Shown: positions 19,152-33,455, numbered from the stretch's first letter. The stretch is DNA of 64,000 nt from an uncultured Clostridia bacterium (GCA_934454525.1 CAKSFM010000002.1:73792-137791), one strand, 5' to 3'. Numbers and translations: made by a program. The notes: generated by a model not told the origin, from the letters alone.

Positions 19152-19168
19152 TTCACACTATAGGTGAA
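19152..19168. promoter_or_regulatory. Putative XRE operator palindrome
   Basis: TTCAC-N7-GTGAA lies directly upstream of the -35 of the consensus promoter. A further GTGAA half-site lies inside the spacer (about 19186). Confidence 0.4.
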
Positions 19169-19175
19169 ATTAATA

Positions 19176-19204
19176 TTGACAATAGTGAATTTTTTATGTA
19201 TAAT
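19176..19204 (+). promoter_or_regulatory. Consensus sigma-70 promoter for the GLUG-protein operon
   Basis: Exact TTGACA, 17 nt, TATAAT, about 115 nt upstream of the TTG start at 19320. Confidence 0.75.
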
Positions 19205-19319
19205 AACTTTTGGTTTAATATGGCATATTAAATAATTTTGTTATTGGAGATGATGTGAAAATTAGTATTGCACCACCTGATTAAAAACGTCAAACACTAA
19301 ACGAAAGGAATGAAAGAAC

Positions 19320-20633
19320 TTGAAAAAACTAAATATCTGTCTGTTTAATGTTGTACTGTTGTGTATAATGCTGTTGTTTTCAGCAAATGCCCTTGCTCTT
19401 GATGGGGACGGCAGTCAAGCCTTCCCGTTTTTAATTACAAACGAGGATGAATTATCATTAATAAATGATTTTCCCGAATGCCATTTTAAACTAATGAATG
19501 ATATAGAGATGTCACAATCGTGGAGTTTCAGTATAAAATTTTACGGTGTTATTGATGGAAATAACCATAAATTATCTAATTACACCGGCAAGACATTTAT
19601 ACATGACAATTACGGCACAATAAAAAATATATCTATATCTTGCGGACCAATTGTAGTTAACAATTATAAATCAGGAGTAATATTAAACTCTTATACTTAC
19701 GGAAAAATTTCTAAAGACAGTGGATTTTGTTGCAATAACGAAGGGACAATAGACAGATGCGGCAACTACGCAAGCATAGATTGCAGGGTGAATGGTGGAA
19801 CATCTAAAAACAACCAAAAGCCTACAGAGTCTTATGCCGCCGGATTTGTACGATATAACTACGGAAATATATCAAATTCATTTTCTATAGGTGATGTAAA
19901 TTCATACGCATACTCATACTATTGGAGCGCTTTCGCTTATGCCAGCGGTTTTGCCGACAAGAACCGCGGAAACATTTCGAATTGTTATTCAATCGCAAAT
20001 ACTACAGCCAGTAGCGGTTATGGATACGGCGGCGTAAAAGACGGCTATACATATCCGTTTATTCGAAACAACACCGGCGTTATCCAAAACTGTTTTTGTA
20101 CCTCATCAAAAACATCGTCGATTAATGTTGACGGAGTTACTGTTAAATCATCGCTTGCAATGAAAATGAAACAGACCTATACCGGTGCCGGTTGGGATTT
20201 TGAAAACGTGTGGGGAATTTCTCCTGATTTGAATGATGGTTATCCCTATCTGCTATGGGAACAGGAAGCACCGACTGTCAGCAAAATTTCCGTTGAAATC
20301 AACAATGTTACGGTAACATCGGACAAGATGAAGTTTATTTCAAAAGCTTCTATTGACGGCAATCCTGCTATAGATTCTTTCGGAACAACTTTTATTCCTC
20401 TTCAGCTTTTTAACAATGCTGAAGCAAACGTTGCCATAGTACAATATGACAATTCTGAGTATAATATAAGCAACGGTCAAACATTCGGCGCACTTTTAAG
20501 CGATATACCAAATTCCTGCAAGGATGTGCCGATTCTCGGAAAATCATTTATAAAGGATTCCGATGGGAATTATACATGGTCTGCTGCAAAATATGCGTCA
20601 ATAAATGACCCTATATTGCGAGAATCAAATTAA
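19320..20633 (+). CDS. Secreted GLUG-motif repeat protein
   Basis: TTG start with a signal peptide (KKLNICLFNVVLLCIMLLFSANALA). At least five N.G.I.N(C/S) repeats (NYGTIKNISISCG, NYGNISNSFSIGDV, NRGNISNCYSIANT, NTGVIQNCFCTSS). The tail GWDFENVWGISPDLNDGYPYLLWEQ is typical of GLUG-domain surface proteins. Confidence 0.7.
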   Translation: MKKLNICLFNVVLLCIMLLFSANALALDGDGSQAFPFLITNEDELSLINDFPECHFKLMNDIEMSQSWSFSIKFYGVIDGNNHKLSNYTGKTFIHDNYGTIKNISISCGPIVVNNYKSGVILNSYTYGKISKDSGFCCNNEGTIDRCGNYASIDCRVNGGTSKNNQKPTESYAAGFVRYNYGNISNSFSIGDVNSYAYSYYWSAFAYASGFADKNRGNISNCYSIANTTASSGYGYGGVKDGYTYPFIRNNTGVIQNCFCTSSKTSSINVDGVTVKSSLAMKMKQTYTGAGWDFENVWGISPDLNDGYPYLLWEQEAPTVSKISVEINNVTVTSDKMKFISKASIDGNPAIDSFGTTFIPLQLFNNAEANVAIVQYDNSEYNISNGQTFGALLSDIPNSCKDVPILGKSFIKDSDGNYTWSAAKYASINDPILRESN

Positions 20634-20647
20634 AGGAGGCAAGAAAA

Positions 20648-20794
20648 ATGAATGCATACGAGAAACCCGAAATCAGCATATTACAGTTTAAAGCAGTTGA
20701 TATCATTGCAACGAGCAACAATATGAACTCTGCCGATATAGACGATAAAAGCACAGCTTTTGATGATTCATGGTTAGAGATGTTGCACAAATGA
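20648..20794 (+). CDS. Unlisted 48-aa ORF (MNAYEKPEISILQFKAVDIIATSNNMNSADIDDKSTAFDDSWLEMLHK)
   Basis: AGGAGG RBS 8 nt upstream of the ATG. Its TGA overlaps the ATG of the next gene (ATGA), implying translational coupling. The acidic sequence has no signal peptide or TM helix. Confidence 0.55.
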   Translation: MNAYEKPEISILQFKAVDIIATSNNMNSADIDDKSTAFDDSWLEMLHK

Positions 20795-21231
20795 AGCCAT
20801 TGACAGCCATTTTACTTAATGTGTCTTTACTGCTTTTCAGCTCTGTGTGTTATGCCGGTTCAGATGATATCAAAGTTTACATAAACAATAACCGTATCAA
20901 TTATGATACGATGCCGATTAACATTAATAACAGAATATTGGTACCCGTTCGAGCAACTTTTGATGCTTTAGGTGCTGACATAGAATGGTTCGGAGAAATT
21001 CAAACTGTAATAGCCACTTCCGGGAGCACCTTAATTGCATTAAAAATAGATAATCCATTGTTAATAGTTTCCGATGTTCAAACTCAAGGTATCAAAACAA
21101 TAGAATTGGATTCCCCTCCGGTATTATTAAACAGTAAAACAATGATTCCGCTGAGAGCCGTTGCAGAAATATTTGATTACCAAGTTAATTGGTCAGAAGA
21201 AAACAAAAGTATTTTTATTAACAAGAATTAA
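20791..21231 (+). CDS. Secreted copper-amine-oxidase N-terminal-domain (stalk-like) protein
   Basis: Signal peptide MKPLTAILLNVSLLLFSSVCYA. Two half-repeats (NNRILVPVRATFDALGADIEW and NSKTMIPLRAVAEIFDYQVNW) are typical of the Cu_amine_oxidN1 domain. I preferred the start at 20791 over 20770. Confidence 0.75.
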   Translation: MKPLTAILLNVSLLLFSSVCYAGSDDIKVYINNNRINYDTMPININNRILVPVRATFDALGADIEWFGEIQTVIATSGSTLIALKIDNPLLIVSDVQTQGIKTIELDSPPVLLNSKTMIPLRAVAEIFDYQVNWSEENKSIFINKN

Positions 21232-21281
21232 CTATAGGATACCGGCATTTTACAACAAACCGATAATTAAAACAAGCACAA

Positions 21282-21318
21282 AAAAGCAGCTCCCCTGAAA
21301 CAGGAGAGCTGCTTTTAT
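21282..21318. terminator. Bidirectional terminator (tuf and the islet operon)
   Basis: AAAAAGCAGCTCCCCT-GAAAC-AGGAGAGCTGCTTTTAT. Confidence 0.8.
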
Positions 21319-21339
21319 ACAGCCGTTTATAGGCTGAAA

Positions 21340-22542
21340 TTACGCATTGATTTCGGAAACAACGCCGGAACCTACTGTTCTGCCGCCTTCACGAATAGCG
21401 AAACGAAGACCTTCTTCGATAGCGATAGGAGTGATGAGCTCAACGGAGATTGTTACGTTATCTCCGGGCATGCACATCTCAACGCCTTCGGGAAGAGAAA
21501 TAACGCCTGTAACGTCAGTTGTTCTGAAATAGAACTGCGGACGGTAGTTGTTGAAGAACGGAGTATGACGACCGCCTTCATCCTTAGTCAGAACGTAAAC
21601 CTCACCCTTAAACTTTGTGTGGGGATGAATTGTTCCGGGATGAGCAAGAACCTGACCTCTTTCGATTTCTGTTCTCTGAACACCGCGGAGAAGAGCACCG
21701 ATGTTGTCACCTGCTTCAGCCTTCGGAAGAAGCTTTCTGAACATTTCGATACCTGTAACAACAACTTTTCTCTTTTCGTCTGTAAGACCAACGATTTCAA
21801 CTTCTTCGTTAAGCTGGAGAGTACCTCTCTCAACACGGCCTGTAGCAACAGTACCACGGCCTGTGATGGAGAATACGTCCTCGACAGGCATAAGGAAGGG
21901 CTGATCTGTGGGACGCTGAGGAGTAGGAATGTACTCGTCAACCTTGTCCATGAGTTCAAGGATGGGAGCGTATACGGGATCGTTGATGTCTGTAGAAGTA
22001 GACTCAAGAACCTGAAGTGCGCTGCCGCAAACGATCGGGATTTCATCTCCCGGGAATTCATACTCTGTAAGAAGATCTCTAACTTCCATTTCTACGAGTT
22101 CAAGAAGCTCGGGATCGTCAACTTGGTCAGTTTTGTTAAGGAAAACAACGATGTAGGGAACGCCAACCTGACGGCTGAGAAGGATATGCTCACGAGTCTG
22201 AGGCATAGGACCGTCTGCAGCGGATACAACAAGGATAGCGCCGTCCATCTGAGCAGCACCGGTGATCATGTTCTTAACATAGTCAGCATGTCCGGGGCAG
22301 TCAACGTGAGCATAGTGACGCTTGTCTGTCTCATACTCAACGTGAGCTGTGGATATCGTGATTCCTCTTGCTTTTTCTTCAGGTGCCTTATCAATCTGAT
22401 CATAAGCTGTGTAGTCAGCCTGACCCTTCATGCCAAGAACCTTAGTGATAGCTGCGGTAAGAGATGTCTTACCATGGTCAACGTGACCGATTGTTCCAAT
22501 GTTAACGTGGGGCTTATTTCTTTCAAAAGTAGCCTTTGCCAT
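21340..22542 (-). CDS. tuf: Elongation factor Tu
   Basis: 400 aa with an unmistakable EF-Tu sequence ([17 protein letters not shown]). Confidence 0.98.
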   Translation of the reverse strand: MAKATFERNKPHVNIGTIGHVDHGKTSLTAAITKVLGMKGQADYTAYDQIDKAPEEKARGITISTAHVEYETDKRHYAHVDCPGHADYVKNMITGAAQMDGAILVVSAADGPMPQTREHILLSRQVGVPYIVVFLNKTDQVDDPELLELVEMEVRDLLTEYEFPGDEIPIVCGSALQVLESTSTDINDPVYAPILELMDKVDEYIPTPQRPTDQPFLMPVEDVFSITGRGTVATGRVERGTLQLNEEVEIVGLTDEKRKVVVTGIEMFRKLLPKAEAGDNIGALLRGVQRTEIERGQVLAHPGTIHPHTKFKGEVYVLTKDEGGRHTPFFNNYRPQFYFRTTDVTGVISLPEGVEMCMPGDNVTISVELITPIAIEEGLRFAIREGGRTVGSGVVSEINA

Positions 22543-22663
22543 TGTAAAATCCTCCTTTAATTGTTAATTTGTTATGCTCATGACATTATTATAATACAAG
22601 CCATGATAAAAATCAATTGTTTTTTTATAAAATTCCGCTCAATTTTACGGATCTAAAGCATTA

Positions 22664-24745
<2,082 letters not shown>

Positions 24746-24778
24746 AATATCCTCCTTGTCTGACTTTTACGAGAAAGT

Positions 24779-25249
24779 CTACCAGCGATAGTGAGCAAAC
24801 GCCTTGTTTGCTTCAGCCATCTTATGCGTATCTTCTCTCTTCTTTACAGCTGAACCCATATTGTTTGTAGCATCGATAATCTCTGCTGCAAGGCGTTCCG
24901 CCATGGTTCTTTCGCTGCGGGCTCTTGAATAAAGAGTAAGCCATCTCAAACCGAGCGTCTGTCTTCTTTCGGGACGAACCTCCATGGGAACCTGATATGT
25001 CGCACCGCCGACACGTCTCGCCTTAACCTCAAGCACAGGCATGATATTATCCATAGCTGTGTGGAATACTTCAACAGGTTCTTTACCTGTCTTTTCGCTG
25101 ATTATTTCGAACGCACCGTATACAATTTTCTGTGCAACACCTTTTTTACCGTCAAGCATGATATTGTTGATAAGGCGAGTTACAACCTTGTCATTATACA
25201 CGGGATCCGGCAATACATCACGTTTGGGAATAAAACCTCTTCTTGGCAC
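24779..25249 (-). CDS. rpsG: 30S ribosomal protein S7
   Basis: GTG start at 25249 preceded by AGGAGG gives the canonical (M)[15 protein letters not shown] and 156 aa. The longer 174-aa ORF is an upstream extension. Confidence 0.95.
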   Translation of the reverse strand: MPRRGFIPKRDVLPDPVYNDKVVTRLINNIMLDGKKGVAQKIVYGAFEIISEKTGKEPVEVFHTAMDNIMPVLEVKARRVGGATYQVPMEVRPERRQTLGLRWLTLYSRARSERTMAERLAAEIIDATNNMGSAVKKREDTHKMAEANKAFAHYRW

Positions 25250-25386
25250 TATTCTTCCCTCCTTCATTAAAATTTTGATGAATTCACAGGTACTCTGCGG
25301 CATAAATGCCGCCGTAAGTGCAACGACAAATATATATAAATCCGTACGTCACACTGTGAAATGTGCTTCGTTTCGCACGGAGCAAA

Positions 25387-25800
25387 TCACTTCTTCGGCT
25401 TCTTGGCGCCGTATTTGGATCTTGACTGAAGTCTTCCGTTCACACCGGCAGTATCAAGCGTACCGCGGATGATATGGTAACGAACACCGGGAAGATCCTT
25501 AACTCTGCCGCCGCGGATAAGAACAACGCTATGCTCCTGCAGGTTATGACCTACACCGGGGATATAGCTTGTTACCTCAATACCGTTCGACAGTCTTACT
25601 CTGGCAATCTTACGAAGTGCTGAGTTAGGCTTCTTGGGAGTCTGCGTTTTTACGTTAGTGCAAACGCCTCTCTTCTGCGGCGAACTCTGGTCAGTTGCGG
25701 CTTTCTTCAGGGAGTTGAGACCCTTCTGAAGTGCGGGAGCCGTTGATTTAACAACAGATGTTTCCCTGCCCTTTCTGACAAGCTGGTTAAAGGTTGGCAT
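25387..25800 (-). CDS. rpsL: 30S ribosomal protein S12
   Basis: [12 protein letters not shown]..., [10 protein letters not shown]; 137 aa. Confidence 0.98.
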   Translation of the reverse strand: MPTFNQLVRKGRETSVVKSTAPALQKGLNSLKKAATDQSSPQKRGVCTNVKTQTPKKPNSALRKIARVRLSNGIEVTSYIPGVGHNLQEHSVVLIRGGRVKDLPGVRYHIIRGTLDTAGVNGRLQSRSKYGAKKPKK

Positions 25801-25890
25801 GATTTCACCTCCATAATAAATTATATATTGAATGACCCTCCCGCCCGTCTTCGGGCAGGAGAATCAAACATACAAATACCATACCTTAAC

Positions 25891-25919
25891 ACTATAACAA
25901 ACCTTTGTTAAAATGTCAA
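25891..25919 (-). promoter_or_regulatory. Sigma-70-type promoter of the rpsL-rpsG-fusA-tuf operon
   Basis: On the minus strand: TTGACA, 17 nt, TATAGT, in the rpoC-rpsL spacer. A CTCCTGCCCGAAGACGGGCGGGAG hairpin follows in the leader. Confidence 0.6.
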
Positions 25920-25926
25920 GTATTTT

Positions 25927-28900
25927 TTAATCATTTTCGGCTTTCGGCTTTTTCATTTCTCCGACAAGGTCTGCCAAAATGTCGGAATACTCATTATTGC
26001 CCTCAACCTCAATGTCTATATCGCGGTACATCGGAACACCTGTTCCGGCAGGAATAAGCTTACCGATGATTACATTTTCCTTAAGACCAACCAGCGGGTC
26101 AATCTTGCCCTTGATTGCAGCGTCCGTAAGAACGCGTGTTGTTTCCTGGAACGATGCTGCGGACAGGAACGAATCGGTTGCAAGGGCCGCCTTTGTTATA
26201 CCGAGCAGCAGCTCCTCACCCTCGGGAGGATTCTTGCCCTCAGCCTTAAACTGCTCAACCATCTCTCCGAAGCGGATACGGTCAACCGTTTCACCGGGCA
26301 GATAATTTCCGTCGTTCTGTTCCTCAATACGAACCTTTCTCATCATCTGGCGGACAATAACTTCGATATGCTTATCCGCGATATCAACCGCCTGCTGACG
26401 GTAAACTTTCTGAACTTCCTTAACAAGGTATTCCTGAACGGCGCAAAGTCCTTTGATTCTGAGAATGTCGTGCGGATTTACGCTTCCGGCAGTAAGCTCA
26501 TCGCCTGCTTCAACAACATCGCCGTCCGCAACCTTAAGTGTTGAACCGAACGGAATCAGATAAGTCTGAGCCATTCCGTCCTTATCGGCTATCATAACTT
26601 CGGTTTTCATCTTTGTTTTATTAACCGTAACCGTACCGCCGATATCTGTTACAATAGCAAGACCCTTGGGTTTTCTTGCCTCGAAAAGCTCTTCGACACG
26701 GGGAAGACCCTGCGTGATATCGTCACCGGCAACGCCGCCTGTATGGAATGTTCTCATTGTAAGCTGGGTACCGGGTTCACCGATTGACTGAGCAGCGATA
26801 ATTCCGACTGCTTCACCGATGTTTACGAGGTCGCCCTGGCTTGCGAGGTTAGCGCCGTAGCAGTGAGCACAAACGCCGACTTTCGCATGGCAGTTGAGAA
26901 CGCTTCTGATCTTAACCGTCTTGATTCCTGCGTCAACAACTTTCTTGGCGATTGCCGCATTCATAAGAGTATCCTCCGGAACGATAACCTCACCCGTCTG
27001 CGGATCAATGATATCATCACAGTTTACTCTGCCGATAAGACGCTCCTCAAGCTTCTCAATAACGTCCTTGCCTTCCTTAATTTCGGAAACATTGATTCCG
27101 TCATGAGTATGGCAGTCAAGCTCTCTGATGATAACATCCTGCGAAACGTCAACAAGGCGGCGTGTAAGATAACCTGAATCGGCGGTTCTGAGCGCTGTAT
27201 CGGCAAGACCCTTACGTGCACCGTGAGTTGAAATGAAGTATTCCAAAATGTTAAGTCCTTCACGGAACGATGCTCTGATCGGGATTTCGACTGTACGCCC
27301 CTGCGTGTTCGCCATAAGTCCGCGCATACCGGCAAGCTGTCTGATCTGATTAATACTTCCGCGGGCGCCTGACGTTGCCATCATATAAATCGGGTTGTAT
27401 TTATCAAGGTTCTCCATAAGAGCCTTTGTGATGCTGTCGTTCGCTTTCTGCCAGGTTTCGATAACCTTTCTGTAACGCTCATCGTCCGTTATAAGACCGC
27501 GGCGGTAAAGTTTTGTGATGTCCTCAACCTTATCCTCCGCTGCTGCAAGATATTCAGCCTTGCTTCCGGGAATCTCCATATCGCTTACGGAAATGGTGAT
27601 TGCACCGCGCGTTGAAAATTTGTAACCGAGCGCTTTGATATTGTCAAGCACAACAGCCGTGTCGGTTGTTCCGTGCTTTCTTATGCAGCTGTCAATGATT
27701 TTTCCGAGCTGCTTTTTATCAACGATAAATTCAACTTCAAGCTTGAATTCGTCATCCTCTGTTTCTCTCTTTACAAAGCCGAGATCCTGGGGAATAACTT
27801 CATTGAATATAAGCCTGCCGACTGTAGATTCAATAATTCTTTCCTTGATTTCACCGTTGATATTCTTTTCGATTCTTACCTTTATCGGCGCATGCAGCCC
27901 AACATCTCCGCAGTCGTAAGCCATCATGGCTTCGTTCACGCTTGAAAACATCTTGCTTTCGCCGATTTCACCGACAAATGTTCCGACGCCCTCGTCAACA
28001 AATTCAATCAATTTTTTGCCTGCGGCTTCAAGCTCGCGGTTTGCTTCGAGAACAACGCCGTAATATTTATAAACCTTGCCCTTTTCAAGCGATGAATCGC
28101 CGGGGTCGGTAATTTTAACCTCACGCGGTTTTACAAGTGTAAGATAGTAGCTTCCCAAAACCATATCCTGCGTGGGAACGGTTACGGGGCGGCCGTCCTG
28201 CGGTTTGAGGAGGTTGTTTGCGCTGAGCATCAGGAAACGTGCCTCCGCCTGCGCCTCTGGTGACAGCGGAACGTGAACAGCCATCTGGTCACCGTCGAAG
28301 TCGGCATTGAATGCCGTACAAACGAGGGGATGAAGTCTGATTGCGCGCCCCTCAACAAGAATCGGTTCAAATGCCTGAATACCGAGTCTGTGAAGTGTTG
28401 GCGCACGGTTCAGAAGAACCGGATGCTCTTTGATAACGTTTTCGAGAACATCCCAAACCTCCGTGCGCGCACGTTCAACCATTCTCTTTGCGCTCTTTAT
28501 ATTATGCGCACTGCCGTTTTCAACAAGCTTCTTCATAACGAAAGGCTTGAACAGTTCAAGCGCCATTTCCTTAGGCAGACCGCACTGATAAATCTTAAGC
28601 GATGGACCTACAACGATAACGCTACGGCCCGAATAGTCAACACGTTTACCGAGAAGATTCTGACGGAAACGCCCCTGCTTACCTTTAAGCATGTCGGAAA
28701 GCGATTTGAGCGCTCTGTTACCCGGACCTGTAACCGGTCTGCCCCTGCGGCCGTTATCGATAAGCGCGTCAACGGCTTCCTGAAGCATTCTCTTTTCGTT
28801 TCTTACAATTATATTCGGAGCGCCAAGCTCGAGAAGTCTTTTCAGACGGTTATTTCTGTTGATAACTCTGCGGTAAAGGTCATTCAGGTCACTTGTCGCA

Positions 28901-29643
28901 AATCTTCCGCCGTCAAGCTGAACCATTGGGCGGATTTCCGGCGGTATAACGGGAACACAGTCAAGAATCATCCATTCCGGACGGTTATTCGACTTTCTGA
29001 ACGCCTCCGCAACCTCAAGTCTTTTTGCTATCTTAACCTTTTTCTGACCCGTTGCCGTTTCAAGTTCTTCTTTAAGTTCGCTGCAAAGCTGTTCAACGTC
29101 TATTTCCTGCAAAAGCTCTTTAATAGCTTCCGCACCCATTCCCGCGCGGAAACGGTCACCATACTTTTCGTAGTATGCATTATACTCTTTTTCCGTGAGG
29201 GGTTCTTTTTTCGTTAGCTCTGTTTTACCGGGGTCTATTACTATATATTCCGCAAAGTACAGAACTTTTTCGAGAACATGGGGAGAAATGTCAAGCAGCA
29301 GTCCCATTCTGCTGGGGATACCCTTAAAATACCAAATATGAGAAACCGGCGCCGCAAGCTCAATATGACCCATTCTCTCGCGGCGAACCTTAGAACGCGT
29401 TACCTCAACGCCGCAGCGGTCACATATGATTCCCTTATAACGGATTCTTTTATATTTTCCGCAGTGACACTCCCAATCCTTCTGCGGTCCGAAAATGCGC
29501 TCGCAGAAAAGACCGTCGCGTTCGGGTTTCAGGGTACGGTAATTTATTGTTTCAGGCTTTTTAACCTCGCCGTAAGACCATTCTCTGATTTTTTCGGGAG
29601 AAGCCAATCCGATTTGCATTGCCTCAAAAGTATTAAATTCCAT
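25927..29643 (-). CDS. rpoC: DNA-directed RNA polymerase subunit beta'
   Basis: 1238 aa; NADFDGD catalytic motif and N-terminal Zn-binding Cys. Confidence 0.98.
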   Translation of the reverse strand: MEFNTFEAMQIGLASPEKIREWSYGEVKKPETINYRTLKPERDGLFCERIFGPQKDWECHCGKYKRIRYKGIICDRCGVEVTRSKVRRERMGHIELAAPVSHIWYFKGIPSRMGLLLDISPHVLEKVLYFAEYIVIDPGKTELTKKEPLTEKEYNAYYEKYGDRFRAGMGAEAIKELLQEIDVEQLCSELKEELETATGQKKVKIAKRLEVAEAFRKSNNRPEWMILDCVPVIPPEIRPMVQLDGGRFATSDLNDLYRRVINRNNRLKRLLELGAPNIIVRNEKRMLQEAVDALIDNGRRGRPVTGPGNRALKSLSDMLKGKQGRFRQNLLGKRVDYSGRSVIVVGPSLKIYQCGLPKEMALELFKPFVMKKLVENGSAHNIKSAKRMVERARTEVWDVLENVIKEHPVLLNRAPTLHRLGIQAFEPILVEGRAIRLHPLVCTAFNADFDGDQMAVHVPLSPEAQAEARFLMLSANNLLKPQDGRPVTVPTQDMVLGSYYLTLVKPREVKITDPGDSSLEKGKVYKYYGVVLEANRELEAAGKKLIEFVDEGVGTFVGEIGESKMFSSVNEAMMAYDCGDVGLHAPIKVRIEKNINGEIKERIIESTVGRLIFNEVIPQDLGFVKRETEDDEFKLEVEFIVDKKQLGKIIDSCIRKHGTTDTAVVLDNIKALGYKFSTRGAITISVSDMEIPGSKAEYLAAAEDKVEDITKLYRRGLITDDERYRKVIETWQKANDSITKALMENLDKYNPIYMMATSGARGSINQIRQLAGMRGLMANTQGRTVEIPIRASFREGLNILEYFISTHGARKGLADTALRTADSGYLTRRLVDVSQDVIIRELDCHTHDGINVSEIKEGKDVIEKLEERLIGRVNCDDIIDPQTGEVIVPEDTLMNAAIAKKVVDAGIKTVKIRSVLNCHAKVGVCAHCYGANLASQGDLVNIGEAVGIIAAQSIGEPGTQLTMRTFHTGGVAGDDITQGLPRVEELFEARKPKGLAIVTDIGGTVTVNKTKMKTEVMIADKDGMAQTYLIPFGSTLKVADGDVVEAGDELTAGSVNPHDILRIKGLCAVQEYLVKEVQKVYRQQAVDIADKHIEVIVRQMMRKVRIEEQNDGNYLPGETVDRIRFGEMVEQFKAEGKNPPEGEELLLGITKAALATDSFLSAASFQETTRVLTDAAIKGKIDPLVGLKENVIIGKLIPAGTGVPMYRDIDIEVEGNNEYSDILADLVGEMKKPKAEND

Positions 29644-29657
29644 TAAATTCCCCTCCC

Positions 29658-32600
29658 TTACTCTATTATATCGCCGGAATTTTCGGCTTCGATTGCCTTA
29701 AGCTCTTCATCGTCCGGCTCAAGGTCATCTTCATCCTCATCATCGGCAATATCATCATAATCATCGAGAAGTATATCGTCGTCATCGTCATCCTCGTCAT
29801 CAGGTGCTGCGATTCCGCGGCCTTCAACAATGTCGTAAATTTCATTTTCGGGATCAACCTCACTGTATCCGCTGCCGATTCCATCGTTCACGGTTGTGAG
29901 AAGCTCATCCTTATACTCGTCCATGTTCGGCTCATCGTCCTCGTCAACGCTGCGGAGGTCAATAACCTCGTTGTTTTCATCGAGAACATTAACGTCAAGA
30001 GCAAGCGACTGAAGCTCCTTGATAAGAACCTTAAATGATTCGGGGATACCGGGAGCCGGTACGTTTTCACCCTTTACAATAGCTTCGTATGTCTTAACAC
30101 GGCCTACAACGTCATCCGACTTAACGGTAAGAATTTCCTGAAGGAGATATGCTGCGCCGTAAGCTTCAAGCGCCCAAACTTCCATTTCACCGAAACGCTG
30201 ACCGCCGAACTGAGCTTTACCGCCGAGCGGCTGCTGCGTTACGAGAGAGTAAGGACCGGTGCTGCGCGCATGAATCTTATCGTCAACAAGATGATGCAGT
30301 TTAAGATAGTACATATATCCGACAGTTACGGGATTGTCGAACGGCTGTCCCGTTCTGCCGTCGTAAAGCACGGTTTTACCGTCTCTGCGAAGTCCTGCCT
30401 CCTCGAGGAGGTTCATAATATCTTTCTCGTTTGCGCCGTCGAATACAGGTGTTGCAACCTTAAAGCCGAGTCTGCTTGCAGCCATACCGAGATGCACCTC
30501 AAGCACCTGACCGATATTCATACGTGACGGTACGCCCAGGGGATTAAGCACAATGTCGAGCGGAGTTCCGTCCGGCAGGAAAGGCATATCCTCTGAGGGA
30601 AGTATACGCGAAACGACACCCTTGTTACCGTGACGGCCTGCCATCTTATCGCCGACGCTGATTTTACGCTTCTGAGCAATATAGCAGCGAACGATTTCAT
30701 TCACTCCCGGCGGAAGCTCATCGTTATTCTCACGCGTGAACACCTTAACGTCAACGATTATGCCTGCTTCACCGTGCGGAACGCGCAGCGAGGTATCTCT
30801 TACCTCTCTCGCCTTTTCGCCGAATATCGCGCGGAGAAGTCTTTCCTCGGGCGTAAGCTCCGTTTCACCCTTAGGCGTAACCTTACCTACAAGAATATCT
30901 CCCGAGTGAACCTCCGCACCGACGCGGATAATACCTCTGTCGTCAAGATTCTTAAGTGCGTCATCGCCAACGTTCGGAATTTCGCGCGTTATTTCTTCCG
31001 GTCCGAGCTTTGTGTCTCTGGACTCGGATTCGTATTCTTCTATATGAACCGATGTGAAAATATCATCGCGCACAAGCTTTTCGTTAAGCAGCACGGCGTC
31101 CTCGTAGTTATAACCTTCCCATGTCATGAAACCTACAAGCACGTTTCTTCCGAGCGCGATTTCACCGTTATCGGTTGCCGGACCGTCCGCAATAATCATG
31201 CCCTTTGTAACCTGTTCTCCGGCTTCAACTATCGGGCGCTGATTAATGCATGTACCCTGGTTTGAGCGGAGGAACTTAAGAAGATGATATTTATGCCTTT
31301 CGCCGACCTCGTCCTTGATAACGATTTCATCGGCGCTTACCTTTTCAACAATACCGTCCTGTTTCGAAAGAACAACAACGCCGCTGTCCTTTGCCGCCTT
31401 ATACTCCATGCCCGTTCCGATAATCGGAGACTGCGGCTTGAGCAGCGGAACCGCCTGACGCTGCATGTTCGAACCCATGAGGGCGCGGTTTGCGTCATCG
31501 TTTTCAAGGAAAGGAATCATAGCCGTTGCAACGGACACAACCTGCTTGGGCGAAACGTCCATGTAGTCAACGTTTTCAGCGGGAACTTCCATGATTTCCT
31601 CACGGAAACGCGCTGAAACCTTTTTCTGAGCAAAATGACCGTCCTCCGTCAGCGGAGCGTTTGCCTGTGCAACAACATAGCGATCCTCCGTGTCGGCTGT
31701 CATATATTCAATCTCCGAGGTAACAAGACTGCTTCCGTCCGCGTCCTTTATTACCTTTCTGTACGGAGCTTCGATAAATCCGTATTCGTTAATGCGCGCA
31801 AAAGTTGAAAGCGAGCTGATAAGACCGATGTTCGGACCTTCAGGCGTTTCAATCGGACACATTCTGCCATAGTGCGTATAGTGAACGTCACGAACCTGGA
31901 AGCCTGCACGCTCACGCGAAAGACCGCCCGGTCCGAGAGCTGAAAGTCTTCTTTTATGAGTAAGCTCTGCAAGCGGATTGTTCTGATCCATGAACTGCGA
32001 AAGCTGTGAAGACCCGAAAAATTCTTTTATTGTTGCAACAACGGGACGGATATTGATAAGCGACTGAGGCGTCACAATATCAAGCTCCTGAATACTCATA
32101 CGCTCGCGCACACCGCGCTCCATGCGCGAAATACCGATGCGGAACTGGTTTTGCAGAAGCTCACCCACACTGCGCAGACGGCGGTTGCCCAAATGGTCAA
32201 TATCATCATCCTGACCGATTCCGTCAGCAAGATTGTTGCAGTAGTTTATGGAAGCGAACATATCGTCCGTTATAATATGTTTGGGAACAAGCTCGTCAAC
32301 GCGCTGCTCCGCAAGGCGCTTGATTTCGTCAAGATCGCCGGCAGCTTCCTCAAGTATTTCGTCAAGCACACTCTTGCGCACCTTTTCATGCGTAACATCA
32401 TAGAGATCAACGCCGGCATATTTGACGGGATCAACCATATTATTTGAGAATACAACCGTTTTCCTGTCTTCAACGGAAATAATAACTCTGTTCACTCCGG
32501 CATCCTCAGCCTTGCGCGCCGCGTCCTCGGTGATTCTTGTTCCGGCGGGAACAATTATTTCTCCCGTCTTTTCGTCAACAATGTCCGCGCCTGCAATCTG

Positions 32601-33455
32601 CCCCGTGATTCTTGCTGCAATGGCAAGCTTTTTATTGTACTTGTATCTGCCGACCTTTGCAAGATCATAACGCTTTGCATCAAAAAACAGTCCGTTGATA
32701 AGAGAGCTTGCACTGTCATATGTCGGCGGTTCGCCCGGGCGCAGTTTGCGATATATCTCGAAAAGCGCTTCCTCACGGTTATGCGTCGTGTCTTTCTGGA
32801 ATGTCTGGAGGATTCTTTCATCCTCTCCGAAAAGCTCAATTATCTGCGGTTCTGTTTCAAGACCCATTGCCTTGAGAAGAACCGTAACCGGAAGCTTACG
32901 CGTTCTGTCAATACGAACGGAGAACACATCGTTTGAATCCGTTTCATATTCAAGCCATGCACCGCGGTTCGGAATAACGGTTGCATTTATGAGCTTTTTA
33001 CCTACCTTATCATACTTCTGCTCATAATAGATACCGGGAGAACGAACAAGCTGCGTTACGATAACGCGCTCCGCTCCGTTGATGATGAACGTTCCCTGCT
33101 CTGTCATCAGCGGAAAATCTCCCATGAAGATTTCCTGTTCCTTAATCTCACCCGTTTCCTGATTGATTAAACGAACCTGAACGCGGAGGGGAGCCGCATA
33201 ATTGGTATCGCGCTCCTTGCACTCCTCAATGGAATACTTCGGCTGCTCGTCAAGTCTGTAATCTGTGAACTCAAGTATAAGATTTCCCGTATAGTCCGTA
33301 ATAGGACTTACGTCGTGAAAAACCTCACGCAGTCCGTCCTTAATGAACCAGTCATAAGAACTCTTCTGCATATCGATAAGGTTCGGCATTTCCAGAACTT
33401 CATCAATTTTGGCAAAGGTCATTCTCTCATTTTTTCCTAATTTAATAGGCTTCAA
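29658..33455 (-). CDS. rpoB: DNA-directed RNA polymerase subunit beta (with a roughly 100-aa acidic C-terminal extension)
   Basis: TTG start at 33455 preceded by AGAGGTGA gives (M)[16 protein letters not shown]... The upstream part of the 1298-aa ORF looks non-coding. Conserved beta motifs run throughout. The tail ends [33 protein letters not shown]. Confidence 0.95.
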   Translation of the reverse strand: MKPIKLGKNERMTFAKIDEVLEMPNLIDMQKSSYDWFIKDGLREVFHDVSPITDYTGNLILEFTDYRLDEQPKYSIEECKERDTNYAAPLRVQVRLINQETGEIKEQEIFMGDFPLMTEQGTFIINGAERVIVTQLVRSPGIYYEQKYDKVGKKLINATVIPNRGAWLEYETDSNDVFSVRIDRTRKLPVTVLLKAMGLETEPQIIELFGEDERILQTFQKDTTHNREEALFEIYRKLRPGEPPTYDSASSLINGLFFDAKRYDLAKVGRYKYNKKLAIAARITGQIAGADIVDEKTGEIIVPAGTRITEDAARKAEDAGVNRVIISVEDRKTVVFSNNMVDPVKYAGVDLYDVTHEKVRKSVLDEILEEAAGDLDEIKRLAEQRVDELVPKHIITDDMFASINYCNNLADGIGQDDDIDHLGNRRLRSVGELLQNQFRIGISRMERGVRERMSIQELDIVTPQSLINIRPVVATIKEFFGSSQLSQFMDQNNPLAELTHKRRLSALGPGGLSRERAGFQVRDVHYTHYGRMCPIETPEGPNIGLISSLSTFARINEYGFIEAPYRKVIKDADGSSLVTSEIEYMTADTEDRYVVAQANAPLTEDGHFAQKKVSARFREEIMEVPAENVDYMDVSPKQVVSVATAMIPFLENDDANRALMGSNMQRQAVPLLKPQSPIIGTGMEYKAAKDSGVVVLSKQDGIVEKVSADEIVIKDEVGERHKYHLLKFLRSNQGTCINQRPIVEAGEQVTKGMIIADGPATDNGEIALGRNVLVGFMTWEGYNYEDAVLLNEKLVRDDIFTSVHIEEYESESRDTKLGPEEITREIPNVGDDALKNLDDRGIIRVGAEVHSGDILVGKVTPKGETELTPEERLLRAIFGEKAREVRDTSLRVPHGEAGIIVDVKVFTRENNDELPPGVNEIVRCYIAQKRKISVGDKMAGRHGNKGVVSRILPSEDMPFLPDGTPLDIVLNPLGVPSRMNIGQVLEVHLGMAASRLGFKVATPVFDGANEKDIMNLLEEAGLRRDGKTVLYDGRTGQPFDNPVTVGYMYYLKLHHLVDDKIHARSTGPYSLVTQQPLGGKAQFGGQRFGEMEVWALEAYGAAYLLQEILTVKSDDVVGRVKTYEAIVKGENVPAPGIPESFKVLIKELQSLALDVNVLDENNEVIDLRSVDEDDEPNMDEYKDELLTTVNDGIGSGYSEVDPENEIYDIVEGRGIAAPDDEDDDDDDILLDDYDDIADDEDEDDLEPDDEELKAIEAENSGDIIE

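Noticed and set aside
21565-22560. 331-aa ORF antisense to tuf. Similar long antisense ORFs occur in rpoC (28273-29217), rpoB, secA, fusA and polA.
   Set aside because: They lie entirely inside highly conserved genes on the other strand. They are shadow ORFs typical of codon-biased genes, with no independent signals.
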